From positions 1-17,094 of the forward strand of contig CALDKO010000018.1 in NCBI GenBank assembly GCA_937898165.1: a stretch of 17,094 nucleotides of DNA, given 5' to 3'. The stretch is from an uncultured bacterium. GTDB lineage: Bacteria; Patescibacteriota; Minisyncoccia; Phycocordibacterales; UBA1006. The notes under the pieces are model-generated. The model worked only from the letters and a program-made list of their open reading frames with translations. It searched no databases and was not told where the DNA came from. Positions within the stretch are counted from its first letter, which is position 1. Each line of letters begins with the position of its first letter. The position numbers and the translations under genes were made by a program. Below, piece by piece: positions 1-7,614 of the stretch.

Positions 1-153
1 ACCTGTCACTGCTGCCATTATTACCATCGTAATAACCATAGTTTTTGCAAAAAACTTATATGATGCGTTCATTTGAAAATCAATCAGCTCTTTTCGTTCT
101 GCAAGGGAGAGATTTTGAAATTGTTGCATGTCATTATGTTGGTTATTGATCAT
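1..153 (-). CDS. Partial CDS (runs off left window edge): small hydrophobic protein of unknown function
   Basis: Minus-strand ATG (rc of cat at 151-153) opens MINNQHNDMQQFQNLSLAERKELIDFQMNASYKFFAKTMVITMVIMAAVTG... with no stop before position 1. It is absent from the ORF track because the stop lies outside the window. The hydrophobic stretch at the window edge suggests a membrane segment. Confidence 0.3.
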   Translation of the reverse strand, partial: MINNQHNDMQQFQNLSLAERKELIDFQMNASYKFFAKTMVITMVIMAAVTG

Positions 154-207
154 AAAATATATAGTGAGTGAGTTACCTACTCTATAGATAGTATACAATG
201 ATTTTAT

Positions 208-612
208 TTATTTGAAAACAACCTCTGTATTTCCTCGAGCGACAACTGTATTATCCTGACGATACTCGACAATAATCCTTCCTTGGATTTCTGATGTTTC
301 TACAGTGTATATGTTTTTTGGATATATGGGGGCAAGGAAGTCTACTGACAAGTTTTTCGTCAATGCCGTGCCTGACTTGCCAGAAAACAGTTGTGCATGA
401 ATTCCAGAAATACTATCAATCACGAAACATGTAATGCCGCCATGGATAATTCCATCATTACCAACTAATTTTTCAGGAAATGAAATAGTGCACGATATTT
501 TTTCCTTTGAAACATCAATGTTGCGGATATCAAATTCAAACAGATCCATCCATTTTTTGCTAACACTTGCATACTTTGCAAGTTTTGGGTACATGAATAA
601 TTTTTCGAGCAT
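208..612 (-). CDS. PaaI/YbgC-type hotdog-fold acyl-CoA thioesterase
   Basis: 134-aa ORF carries the hotdog thioesterase signature ...NDGIIHGGITCFVIDSISG... (HGG motif), and the size is typical for this family. Its start at 612 is 2 nt from the msrB stop at 614, so the two are probably co-transcribed. Confidence 0.75.
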   Translation of the reverse strand: MLEKLFMYPKLAKYASVSKKWMDLFEFDIRNIDVSKEKISCTISFPEKLVGNDGIIHGGITCFVIDSISGIHAQLFSGKSGTALTKNLSVDFLAPIYPKNIYTVETSEIQGRIIVEYRQDNTVVARGNTEVVFK

Positions 613-613
613 A

Positions 614-1027
614 TTATTTTTTCAAGTTAATTATAACATCCTCATCAGCAACTGGCGGAAGAGGCTGTCCTTCCGGAATAAATTTTAGTGCTACGGAATT
701 CACGCAATGACGAACATTTTTATCAGTCAGATATTCACCATTGAATACATGACCCAAATGTCCACCACAATGCGAACATGAAATTTCCGTATAGATTTCA
801 CCTGGACGAAGTTTCCGTGCAACAGCACCAGGAATTTCATCATCAAATGCCGGCCAGCCACAATGTGCATCAAATTTGCTTTCTGATGTATATAAAGGAT
901 TATTGCACCAACCACATACGTAGATTCCTTTTTGATAATGATTATCGTACTCACCAGAAAAAGGCATTTCAGTGTCGCCTTTTGCAAGTACATTATATTG
1001 TTCTGGTGTAAGGTCGTTCTTTTTCAT
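614..1027 (-). CDS. msrB: Peptide-methionine (R)-S-oxide reductase MsrB (SelR domain)
   Basis: 137-aa ORF with a two-CxxC zinc site (CGWCNNPLY ... CSHCGGHLGHVF) and the catalytic region RHCVNSVALKFIP. It aligns along its full length with bacterial MsrB and overlaps the upstream gene by 4 nt (1024-1027). Confidence 0.9.
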   Translation of the reverse strand: MKKNDLTPEQYNVLAKGDTEMPFSGEYDNHYQKGIYVCGWCNNPLYTSESKFDAHCGWPAFDDEIPGAVARKLRPGEIYTEISCSHCGGHLGHVFNGEYLTDKNVRHCVNSVALKFIPEGQPLPPVADEDVIINLKK

Positions 1028-1434
1028 AAATTATTGTTATTCATATATTTTTTTATAAGTTCAACATCTTTTTTGTCTTTTTCGCGCTCACTTTTTTCTT
1101 TAAAGAATAAGCAAGTCTTCAAATCTTGAAATGGAATTCCATTTATTATTTCAGCATTGGCACGCTGGTAAACGAAATTATATTTGTCATCCTGCACAAA
1201 ATTTCGATGCATGCATTCAATATTTTCAAATGAAATTTTCGAAACATGCTCACCAATTTCGACAGTATGTATTTTTGATAAATCATCAAATAATCTGTCG
1301 GAAATTAAAATATCTAAATCACCACACTCACGAATATCGCGAATTGCCAAAGGTCCTGAAGAAACAATCAGGTAATCTTTTACTGGAAAATTTAGTTGTT
1401 TTAATTCAATTAGAAATTTATCGATATTTCTCAT
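1024..1434 (-). CDS. Putative minimal nucleotidyltransferase (Pol-beta superfamily-like), function unknown
   Basis: 136-aa ORF; its N-terminal third contains ...VSSGPLAIRDIRECGDLDILISD..., which matches the hG[GS]-x9-13-DhDhhh nucleotidyltransferase fold signature (compare the Lnu/ANT-type small NTases). It has a K/E-rich C-terminus and is translationally coupled on both sides. Confidence 0.4.
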   Translation of the reverse strand: MRNIDKFLIELKQLNFPVKDYLIVSSGPLAIRDIRECGDLDILISDRLFDDLSKIHTVEIGEHVSKISFENIECMHRNFVQDDKYNFVYQRANAEIINGIPFQDLKTCLFFKEKSEREKDKKDVELIKKYMNNNNL

Positions 1435-1437
1435 ATA

Positions 1438-2373
1438 TTATTTATGGCTATATTTTACTTGGTCTATAAATGACTTAAATCCTTCAACATCTTCTTTGGT
1501 TCCTAATAAATGACTTTGTTCAGGACTAAATACAACATACTGCTCTTCTTCTGGAAAAGTATCGTCATCTTGTAGCCATCTATCCTTTCCTATAACAATC
1601 CCATCATAACCTTCTTTTTCTAAAGCAGTTACTAAACTACGTCGCTTTTTAAAAAACCAATCTTCATCTTCTTCACCATCTCTAAACTCAATAAGATCAT
1701 CAGACTCAAGAGCATCTTTAAACGATGTTGCTACTAAATAATGTTTTTTATGTCCAAATGCTTCCCAAAAAGTATCGTATTTCTTGAACTTAGTTATATT
1801 AACTATTGCTGGATGAACTTTATTATAATCTCTCTCAAACCTTTCACTGAACATTTCAACTGCTTTTACAGATTCAGCAAAAAAAGACATCTTTGTCTTT
1901 GGGAATTCAACCGCCATTTCTTTCAGTTTCTTTTGCTCTTTCATTAAAAAATAAACACTTGAACATACACCAAATTCTGTTTTTTCATAAAAATCCAAGT
2001 AACTTATATCTCCTCGATTTCTCCAAAATGAAGATAGCCCAGGCTCTCTTAAATCTTCTTCTGAATATTTTAGTGTAATATCTTCTCTTGTTAGACCAAA
2101 ATCGTTATGTATTTTTTCAAGTCTAGAATCGATATCAGTTTGTAATTTTATGAATTTATCATTTTTTCTTTGATCAAGATCATAAACCCTCTCTTGAAAA
2201 ACAATTTTATTTATTTTTGTCTCAGGAAAAATTGAATCTACATATTGTGAATATTGTTCTTTGGTTCCGATTTTTGATAATTCAGGATTTTGTTCAAACA
2301 CAAAATCCACTCCATCTTTTATGGTTGGAATTTTATTTACATCTATTTTCTTTTTTAGGATCAAGTTTTCCAT
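1438..2373 (-). CDS. Hypothetical protein, 311 aa, no recognisable domain
   Basis: Long uninterrupted ORF packed 3 nt after the metG stop and 3 nt before the NTase-like gene. It is an acidic, KE-rich cytoplasmic-looking protein with no motif I can assign. Confidence 0.55.
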   Translation of the reverse strand: MENLILKKKIDVNKIPTIKDGVDFVFEQNPELSKIGTKEQYSQYVDSIFPETKINKIVFQERVYDLDQRKNDKFIKLQTDIDSRLEKIHNDFGLTREDITLKYSEEDLREPGLSSFWRNRGDISYLDFYEKTEFGVCSSVYFLMKEQKKLKEMAVEFPKTKMSFFAESVKAVEMFSERFERDYNKVHPAIVNITKFKKYDTFWEAFGHKKHYLVATSFKDALESDDLIEFRDGEEDEDWFFKKRRSLVTALEKEGYDGIVIGKDRWLQDDDTFPEEEQYVVFSPEQSHLLGTKEDVEGFKSFIDQVKYSHK

Positions 2374-2376
2374 AAA

Positions 2377-3819
2377 CTATTTCCGCCCAAACAACGGTTC
2401 GCTTGGTTTTTCTCGTTTAATAATCAATTCCTTAATTTTATCAGCAGTTGTTGGCATGATCGGTTGTAACAGTACGGATACCCGTGCAAGTCCTGTAATT
2501 ACATGATGCACATCAGCGCGCGCTTTCTCCGGATCAACCTTAAACGTTTTAAACGGTTCTGTATCGGTAATATATTTATCCAAATCTGCAATTTCCGCCC
2601 AGATTGAATTGGTTACTTCTGCATAATCAAATCGTTCGTAGGCAGGATGCGCAATGTCTGCAAATTGTGGAAATACCAAATCACTGATATCTACATCATA
2701 TGATTGCGCCATGGTAAGAGATCGCGAAACCAAGTTCCCAATTCCGTTTACCAGATTTGCATTATACGTTGTCGCAACTCGATCGAGTGTAAATGGAGAA
2801 TCCTCAAACATGGAAACTTCTTTTGATACAAACAGTCGCAACATGTCGGTTCCGTATTCATCTACTACCTGGTTCGGTGTTACCACGTTTCCAATAGATT
2901 TAGACATTTTAATTCCACCGTCACCGGTAAAAAATCCATTGATGACAATCTGATGCGAATTTGGCAGATCTGCCGCCATCAACATCGCCTGCCACATTGC
3001 AGACTGCTGACGTAGGTTATCCTTTCCACAATACTGTGTTGGATTTCCATTTTTCCAAAATGTTTCAAACTGATCATTATTTTCCGGCCAACCAAGAGTC
3101 GAAATATAATTCACTAACGCATCAAACCACACATACATAACCTGATTATCATCACCTGGAACAGCAACACCCCATGGCATTTTTGATTTCAATCGTGATA
3201 TTGAAAAATCTTCGAGTCCTGATTCAATAAATGTTTTTATTTCATGGAAACGAAAATCAGGCACCACAAAATGAGGATTCTTTGCATAAAAATCCAAAAG
3301 GGGTTTCTGAAATTCAGAAAACTTAAAGAAATAATTTTCCTCATCAATCAATTCAATTGTATAGGTCGGATGAATTGGACATTTCCCATCAACCAATTCT
3401 GAATCTGTTTTTTCAAGCTCACACCCAACACAGTATTTTATCTGATACTGTTTTTTATAAATATATCCGTTTTGTTCAACTCGCTTCCAAAATTCCTGTG
3501 CAGCAGATTCATGATGTGTATCAGTTGTTCGGATGAAATGAATATCATCTGAAATGCCGAGCATTTCTTTCAATCCACGAAACATCACCGCATGGCGATC
3601 TACATATGACTGTACGTCCTCGCCTACCTTTCCCGCATCTGCCCATAATTTCTGACCATGCTCATCAGTTCCAGTGTTAAAAAATACCTCATATCCCATC
3701 AGTTTTTTATAACGGGCCAAAATATCGGCACGGATAATTTCCATCGCAAAACCAACATGCGGTTCTGCATTTACATATGGGAGCGTGGTAGTAATATAAA
3801 AAGGTTTTTGTTCGTTCAT
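2377..3819 (-). CDS. metG: Methionyl-tRNA synthetase (class I aaRS, short form)
   Basis: 480-aa ORF with the N-terminal HIGH-region variant ...TTLPYVNAEPHVGFAME..., the KMSKS motif (GIKMSKSIGNVV), and MetRS-typical CxxC knuckles (CVGCE...GKCPIH). Confidence 0.92.
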   Translation of the reverse strand: MNEQKPFYITTTLPYVNAEPHVGFAMEIIRADILARYKKLMGYEVFFNTGTDEHGQKLWADAGKVGEDVQSYVDRHAVMFRGLKEMLGISDDIHFIRTTDTHHESAAQEFWKRVEQNGYIYKKQYQIKYCVGCELEKTDSELVDGKCPIHPTYTIELIDEENYFFKFSEFQKPLLDFYAKNPHFVVPDFRFHEIKTFIESGLEDFSISRLKSKMPWGVAVPGDDNQVMYVWFDALVNYISTLGWPENNDQFETFWKNGNPTQYCGKDNLRQQSAMWQAMLMAADLPNSHQIVINGFFTGDGGIKMSKSIGNVVTPNQVVDEYGTDMLRLFVSKEVSMFEDSPFTLDRVATTYNANLVNGIGNLVSRSLTMAQSYDVDISDLVFPQFADIAHPAYERFDYAEVTNSIWAEIADLDKYITDTEPFKTFKVDPEKARADVHHVITGLARVSVLLQPIMPTTADKIKELIIKREKPSEPLFGRK

Positions 3820-3869
3820 ATATACTACTATACATAAAAACCATTATTTAATAAACCTGATTAAGTTAA

Positions 3870-3897
3870 TTGACAAAAGTATAAAAAGTAGTATAAT
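3870..3897 (+). promoter_or_regulatory. Sigma-70-type promoter, TTGACA-N16-TATAAT
   Basis: Perfect -35 hexamer TTGACA (3870-3875) and perfect -10 TATAAT (3892-3897), 16-nt spacer, about 25 nt upstream of the ATG at 3922. Confidence 0.5.
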
Positions 3898-3921
3898 TAA
3901 GGAAACAAAAAATAAAACACT

Positions 3922-4332
3922 ATGGGAACAATTAAACAGCCGATATTCCCTACTGTAGAGGAACTTGGCGACGCATGCTTTAATGAAAAGGTATTCAAAA
4001 AAATAATAAGGGTAACTAAAAAAGTCTCTCCGGTTAAAATGGCAGCGGTATTCAAATTCACAGGGATGTATAATAAAAAATATGGAACTAACTTTTTTGT
4101 AACATACAAACGAGTTGGAACCTCAGACACCTATGAGCTCAAGAATATAACCTGTACTAAAAAACCAGAAGAAACCGTTAAGGAAACTGACCAAGGATTA
4201 GTCAAAGGTAATCAGTATGTATTGTTTGATCCAAAAACAGTAATGCATACAACCCAGCCTACTTTGAAAAAAATAAGTTGGATGACTGCACCAGATGTCG
4301 ATTGGCCATTAGGTTATCCAAAAGAAATTTAA
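3922..4332 (+). CDS. Hypothetical small protein (136 aa), basic (K-rich), unknown function
   Basis: ORF bracketed by a consensus promoter upstream and a textbook intrinsic terminator directly after the stop. No recognisable motif. Confidence 0.55.
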   Translation: MGTIKQPIFPTVEELGDACFNEKVFKKIIRVTKKVSPVKMAAVFKFTGMYNKKYGTNFFVTYKRVGTSDTYELKNITCTKKPEETVKETDQGLVKGNQYVLFDPKTVMHTTQPTLKKISWMTAPDVDWPLGYPKEI

Positions 4333-4359
4333 CACTCCTACATTAGGAGTGTTTTTTTA
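4332..4359 (+). terminator. Rho-independent terminator
   Basis: Perfect 9-bp stem ACACTCCTA/TAGGAGTGT with a CAT loop, followed by T7. Confidence 0.7.
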
Positions 4360-4364
4360 TATAC

Positions 4365-4391
4365 AAAAAATCACCCATTGGGTGACTTTTT
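4365..4391. terminator. Bidirectional hairpin terminator (serves the minus-strand gene ending at 4398)
   Basis: A6-TCACCCA-T-TGGGTGA-CTTTTT: a GC-rich stem flanked by an A-run and a T-run, so it gives a U-tract in either orientation. Confidence 0.55.
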
Positions 4392-4397
4392 GAGCAA

Positions 4398-5069
4398 TTA
4401 TTTCATTGCAAGAACTTTTGGCGCATCGATTTTCGAGATTTTATCCATAACACCAAACACGAGTGGTTGGTATTTTGGGTTTACCATATTATACGCAGAC
4501 ATTTTCTGTGAAAGAGTTTTGTCTTTGTAATATTTAGCGGTACTTTCTCGGTTACCAGCCAAATGGGCAGTAACTTCGTTGATAGCTTGTTCCTTTGATG
4601 CAAAATCCTTACATTTTAAACCGGCTTTGTCAGAACATCCCCATCCAAACATGTTGTCTGGATCTTTTTTAGGAACGAACTTACCACCAGTAGATTCGAT
4701 CATGGCTTTTGCTGCAACGAAACGCCAATCGATACCTTCACGGTCAGCTGCTGTAACGAATACTTTACCATATCCTGCCGCAGGCAAGTTATATTGTGCA
4801 AAGTATGCGTCGATTTTAGCTGCTCGTTCGGCAACAGTTAATCCGTCAACGACTTTTTCTTCGTCGGCTGAAACGGTGTCTAAGGCTTGTGCTTGTGCTG
4901 TGTGTGCCCAGAATGAGGTAATCAGGATAGTCGCAACAAGTGCAACGGTTATCGATGATTTACCAACACTGGTAAAGAAAGTAAATGACTTAGTAATAAT
5001 GTGGGCACCACGTAATGAATTGTATATATTTTTGGGCATAATTGACGGTTGTGCTCCGTCGAACGTCAT
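4398..5069 (-). CDS. Secreted or membrane-anchored protein, weakly lysozyme-like (transglycosylase/Rpf-like)
   Basis: 223-aa ORF. It has a positively charged N-region, a hydrophobic core (SSITVALVATILITSFW) and an AHTAQAQA signal-peptidase-type site. The mature part contains ...IDWRFVAAKAMIESTGGKFVPKKDPDNMFGWGCSD..., which loosely resembles the catalytic E-S/G-rich region of GH23/Rpf-type lysozyme-like folds (weak). It is noticeably more GC-rich than its neighbours and has an alternative start at the internal Met (MPKNIY). Confidence 0.55.
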   Translation of the reverse strand: MTFDGAQPSIMPKNIYNSLRGAHIITKSFTFFTSVGKSSITVALVATILITSFWAHTAQAQALDTVSADEEKVVDGLTVAERAAKIDAYFAQYNLPAAGYGKVFVTAADREGIDWRFVAAKAMIESTGGKFVPKKDPDNMFGWGCSDKAGLKCKDFASKEQAINEVTAHLAGNRESTAKYYKDKTLSQKMSAYNMVNPKYQPLVFGVMDKISKIDAPKVLAMK

Positions 5070-5156
5070 GTCTGATGTCTATTCCTCCGTAGGTAAAACC
5101 TGGTGAAATAAAAAGACCCGAAAATGGGTATGTTTGTAGTGTAGCACATGCAAGTC

Positions 5157-5185
5157 TTGCTGTCAAGAGATTTTTATGGTATAAT
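5157..5185 (+). promoter_or_regulatory. Sigma-70-type promoter with extended -10 (TTGCTG-N17-TGgTATAAT)
   Basis: -35 TTGCTG at 5157-5162, TG at 5177-5178, and TATAAT at 5180-5185. It lies about 88 nt upstream of the DUF167 ORF. Confidence 0.5.
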
Positions 5186-5273
5186 GGTGTTAATTCTGAA
5201 AATACGTTGATTTATAAGGCTTTTTTAGGACCTCATTTTTAGCTGTCTTACCTAATTTTTACCAAAATTTTCC

Positions 5274-5501
5274 ATGCAAATTATTATTCGAGTTCGAGCC
5301 TTCCCTGACGCAAAAAAGGAGCATATTGAAGAGACTGAGCCTCATATTCTGCGGATTTTTGTTCGGGAACCAGCAAAAGATAACCGTGCCAACCGAAAAA
5401 TATTAGATTTGGTCGCTGATTTCTATACTATACCCAGAAATAAACTCCGTATGATCTCTGGTCATCATAGAATGAGTAAAATGATAGAAGTATTACACTA
5501 A
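5274..5501 (+). CDS. DUF167 / YggU (UPF0235) family protein
   Basis: 75-aa ORF aligning with E. coli YggU: ...IFVREPAKDNRANRKILDLVADFYTIPRNKLRMISGHHRMSKMIEVL matches the V.V.A.P.dG.AN..L...L......V....V.I..G..s..K.I.I pattern. Confidence 0.75.
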   Translation: MQIIIRVRAFPDAKKEHIEETEPHILRIFVREPAKDNRANRKILDLVADFYTIPRNKLRMISGHHRMSKMIEVLH

Positions 5502-5526
5502 AAAAGCCTCTAGTAGGCTTTTTTAG
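5502..5526. terminator. Bidirectional intrinsic terminator between convergent genes
   Basis: A5-AAGCCT-ctagt-AGGCTT-T6, located between the stops at 5501 (+) and 5530 (-). Confidence 0.65.
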
Positions 5527-5529
5527 TTC

Positions 5530-6282
5530 TTATTTAAAATATTCAAGTTTTGCAATACTCTTAATTTCTGAAAATGGAACTATTACCACCGGCTCACCCT
5601 CTACATAGGGTGCTACCTGGTACGCCCCAAATAAAATTACCAAGTTCCCATTCTCATTAATATACCAATGGTTCCAATTTTCTGGATTAGTATCAGCCCC
5701 TTCCTTGAAAAAGGCATCACCATACTGTTTACTGAGAATTCCTGAAGCATAGCCTGATAACACTGCTAAATACTCTGGTGTTGAAACACTGAACACATCG
5801 GCTAATGTAAGTAGTGTTCCTTTGTTGTCTACAGGAATGGTAAATATAAAAGGTGTAGGGTGTGCTCCACCGGTAAATTGAGATCCATGAAACACGGTTG
5901 TTGAACCATTTGGTGATTTTTTTATCTCATACGTAATAGTTAAAAATCCTTTATTTCCGTTTGTAAACATTTCCTTTAACACAGGATCTTCCGGAGTAAA
6001 TGATTTTACAAACTCATCATGTGCGTCATCGATATATTTTTTAATTTCTGTATCAATAACAGTATTATTGTAATAAGGATAACGAATTGAAATCTCGTAT
6101 AAATTTCCTGTTTCTGTTATTTCTTTATCAACAGGTTCTAGGGCAACAATTTGATCAGCTGGTGGTGCAACAGGCACTGGCGTAACCGCTAATTTATTAC
6201 GAATTACTAACCAACCAAAAACCCCAACCAAAATAAGGATTACAACAGCACTGATAGTTTTTTTATTAGATGGATTTTTCAT
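5530..6282 (-). CDS. Membrane-anchored DUF4163 + DUF3298 (RsiV/PdaC-type extracytoplasmic domain) protein
   Basis: 250-aa ORF with an N-terminal TM segment (ISAVVILILVGVFGWLVI). It has a DUF4163-like start (YEISIRYPYYNNTVIDTEIKKYIDD), a central FTGGAHP motif, and a C-terminal VILFGAYQVAPYVEGEPVVIVPFSEI, which mirrors the yev-AP-y..G...v.iP end of DUF3298 seen in RsiV and PdaC. Confidence 0.7.
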   Translation of the reverse strand: MKNPSNKKTISAVVILILVGVFGWLVIRNKLAVTPVPVAPPADQIVALEPVDKEITETGNLYEISIRYPYYNNTVIDTEIKKYIDDAHDEFVKSFTPEDPVLKEMFTNGNKGFLTITYEIKKSPNGSTTVFHGSQFTGGAHPTPFIFTIPVDNKGTLLTLADVFSVSTPEYLAVLSGYASGILSKQYGDAFFKEGADTNPENWNHWYINENGNLVILFGAYQVAPYVEGEPVVIVPFSEIKSIAKLEYFK

Positions 6283-6290
6283 ATATTGTT

Positions 6291-6333
6291 AGTATACCAA
6301 AAAATCCCTTAATAAGGGATTTTTTGGTATACT
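6291..6333. promoter_or_regulatory. 43-bp perfect palindrome (21-bp arms, 1-nt centre) immediately upstream of the DUF3298 gene start
   Basis: AGTATACCAAAAAATCCCTTA-a-TAAGGGATTTTTTGGTATACT with no mismatch. It lies between the stop of the upstream gene (6343) and the ATG at 6282, with only 8 nt between the palindrome and the ATG. As a 21-bp stem it would occlude the RBS region in the RNA. Confidence 0.6.
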
Positions 6334-6342
6334 ATTAAAAGA

Positions 6343-7113
6343 TTATTGAGCCTTTGGAAAAGCTAATTTTAATTTGTCCTGAGCTGCAGTCATAGCAGTT
6401 TTGAAATCACTGATAGCTTTATCAATAGCTGTTTTTCGTGTTGCAATAGCTGCATCAACATCAGCTTTTTTTGTAATAAGATCTTTTACTGCTTTAAATG
6501 CATCTTTTGCTGCTTTTATATCAGCATCAAAAGCTGCTTTTACGGTAGCTGAATCAGTTCCGGCTGTACAACTTGTTTTTGCTTTGTTGATAGCAGTAAT
6601 TCGTGCAGTATTAAATTCTGCCACAGCTGTGTCAACTTTAGATTTTTGAGTATCTGTTAATCCATCAACCGCTCCTCGGAAATCACGGATTGCAGCATCA
6701 ATAGCAGTACGACGTGCATTGATTGCTGCTGTCACAGAAGCTTTAAATTCTGTAACTGCTGCTTTTTGTACATCAGTAGTTGCTTTTGTATCAAGAGTCG
6801 CAAATCGTGTATCATGACGAGTATCTGCCTGACCTCGATGATTAGCTATTTGAGCATCTCGATCTGATCGATGACCTGCTTTTTCTGTTGCACGATCATT
6901 TCGACGAGTTTGTAGTTGTTGTAATTTTTGATTAACTTTTGTATCTAAATCTGTTGATCGTCGATCAATCATCACACAAAACTGAGAACCATCGCCTTTT
7001 AATCCTTTTGTAAGATCAACTTTATCAAGTCGAGCTGCAAAAGAGATTTGTGGAGCACTAATCACTACCAATAATACCAATGTTCCAATTTTCAAATATG
7101 TTTTTTTGTTCAT
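6343..7113 (-). CDS. Secreted alanine/threonine/lysine-rich protein with internal approximately 35-aa tandem repeats
   Basis: 256-aa ORF with a signal peptide (LKIGTLVLLVVISAPQISFAA). It is followed by a charged RSDRD segment and at least three repeats of the form F+xxVTAAINARRTAIDAAIRDF / FNTARITAINKAKT / IATRKTAIDKAISDFKTAMTAAQ. Coiled-coil/helical-repeat character; GC-richer than its neighbours. Confidence 0.6.
   Translation of the reverse strand: MNKKTYLKIGTLVLLVVISAPQISFAARLDKVDLTKGLKGDGSQFCVMIDRRSTDLDTKVNQKLQQLQTRRNDRATEKAGHRSDRDAQIANHRGQADTRHDTRFATLDTKATTDVQKAAVTEFKASVTAAINARRTAIDAAIRDFRGAVDGLTDTQKSKVDTAVAEFNTARITAINKAKTSCTAGTDSATVKAAFDADIKAAKDAFKAVKDLITKKADVDAAIATRKTAIDKAISDFKTAMTAAQDKLKLAFPKAQ
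6400..6760 (-). repeat. Imperfect in-frame tandem repeats (about 100-140 nt units) inside the secreted protein gene
   Basis: Recurring DNA blocks atcaatagctgtttttcgtgttgcaatagctgc (6421-), gttgatagcagtaattcgtgcagtatt (6588-) and atcaatagcagtacgacgtgcattgattgctgc (6700-) encode the repeated TAIDxAI motif. Confidence 0.5.
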
Positions 7114-7131
7114 ATAATAAGTATTTTATAA

Positions 7132-7614
7132 TTAACTAGTAATATCATCTAATAAAGCACTGTCATCTGTAGTGGTCGCCTCTGCGGCAAATTCTTGTTG
7201 GATCAATAGATCTTCTTGGTTTAAATCAGCAACAATATCTGCTGCAATATCTACTGAAACTGATCCATTTGCCGCTTGTGTAATAGTATTTCCTGCTGTA
7301 ACGGTTGAAGGAGTTGTTTCTGTGAAAGTAACATCAGATAAAGGTTGTGGTTGATTTTTTACATACCCATGACGAATCGTAGGTATAATAACAATAATAG
7401 CCAATAATGCGACTGAACCTGCAAGGATTAATTTATTTTTTGACATAAGAATGAATATTCCAAAGGGTGATAATGTTCCCTTCTGGTGTGTATTACGATC
7501 TAATAATGGATTTGTGACACTCTCGATTATACCATGAAACTCTGCGCGCGAAGGAACCGCAATGGTTGATTGTTCGTCCTTGAATAGTTGTTCAATTGTT
7601 TTATTAATTTTCAT
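7132..7614 (-). CDS. Single-pass membrane protein; candidate anti-sigma factor
   Basis: 160-aa ORF whose start overlaps the sigma-factor gene by 11 nt. It has an approximately 70-aa cytoplasmic N-terminus, one TM segment (LILAGSVALLAIIVIIPTI) and an acidic extracytoplasmic tail, with no Zn-finger anti-sigma motif. The assignment rests on position and topology only. Confidence 0.5.
   Translation of the reverse strand: MKINKTIEQLFKDEQSTIAVPSRAEFHGIIESVTNPLLDRNTHQKGTLSPFGIFILMSKNKLILAGSVALLAIIVIIPTIRHGYVKNQPQPLSDVTFTETTPSTVTAGNTITQAANGSVSVDIAADIVADLNQEDLLIQQEFAAEATTTDDSALLDDITS

Noticed and set aside
434-1129. Opposite-strand or overlapping ORFs 434-688 (+), 727-993 (-), 778-1011 (+), 932-1129 (+)
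   Set aside because: They lie entirely inside or antisense to the confidently identified thioesterase and msrB genes and have low-complexity, hydrophobic shadow-ORF compositions with no motifs.
2654-2953. Plus-strand 99-aa ORF and other ORF-track entries inside metG (2261-2506, 3897-4130 etc.)
   Set aside because: They are embedded in or antisense to metG or the 3922-4332 gene, have no motifs, and show biased composition; shadow ORFs.
6401-6649. Plus-strand Ala-rich ORF (82 aa) and similar antisense ORFs at 11437-11667 and 11549-11758
   Set aside because: These are antisense reading frames through Ala-rich or GCN-repeat-rich coding sequence (the secreted repeat protein and the flotillin EA region). 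This is a classic artefact of GC-skewed codon repeats.
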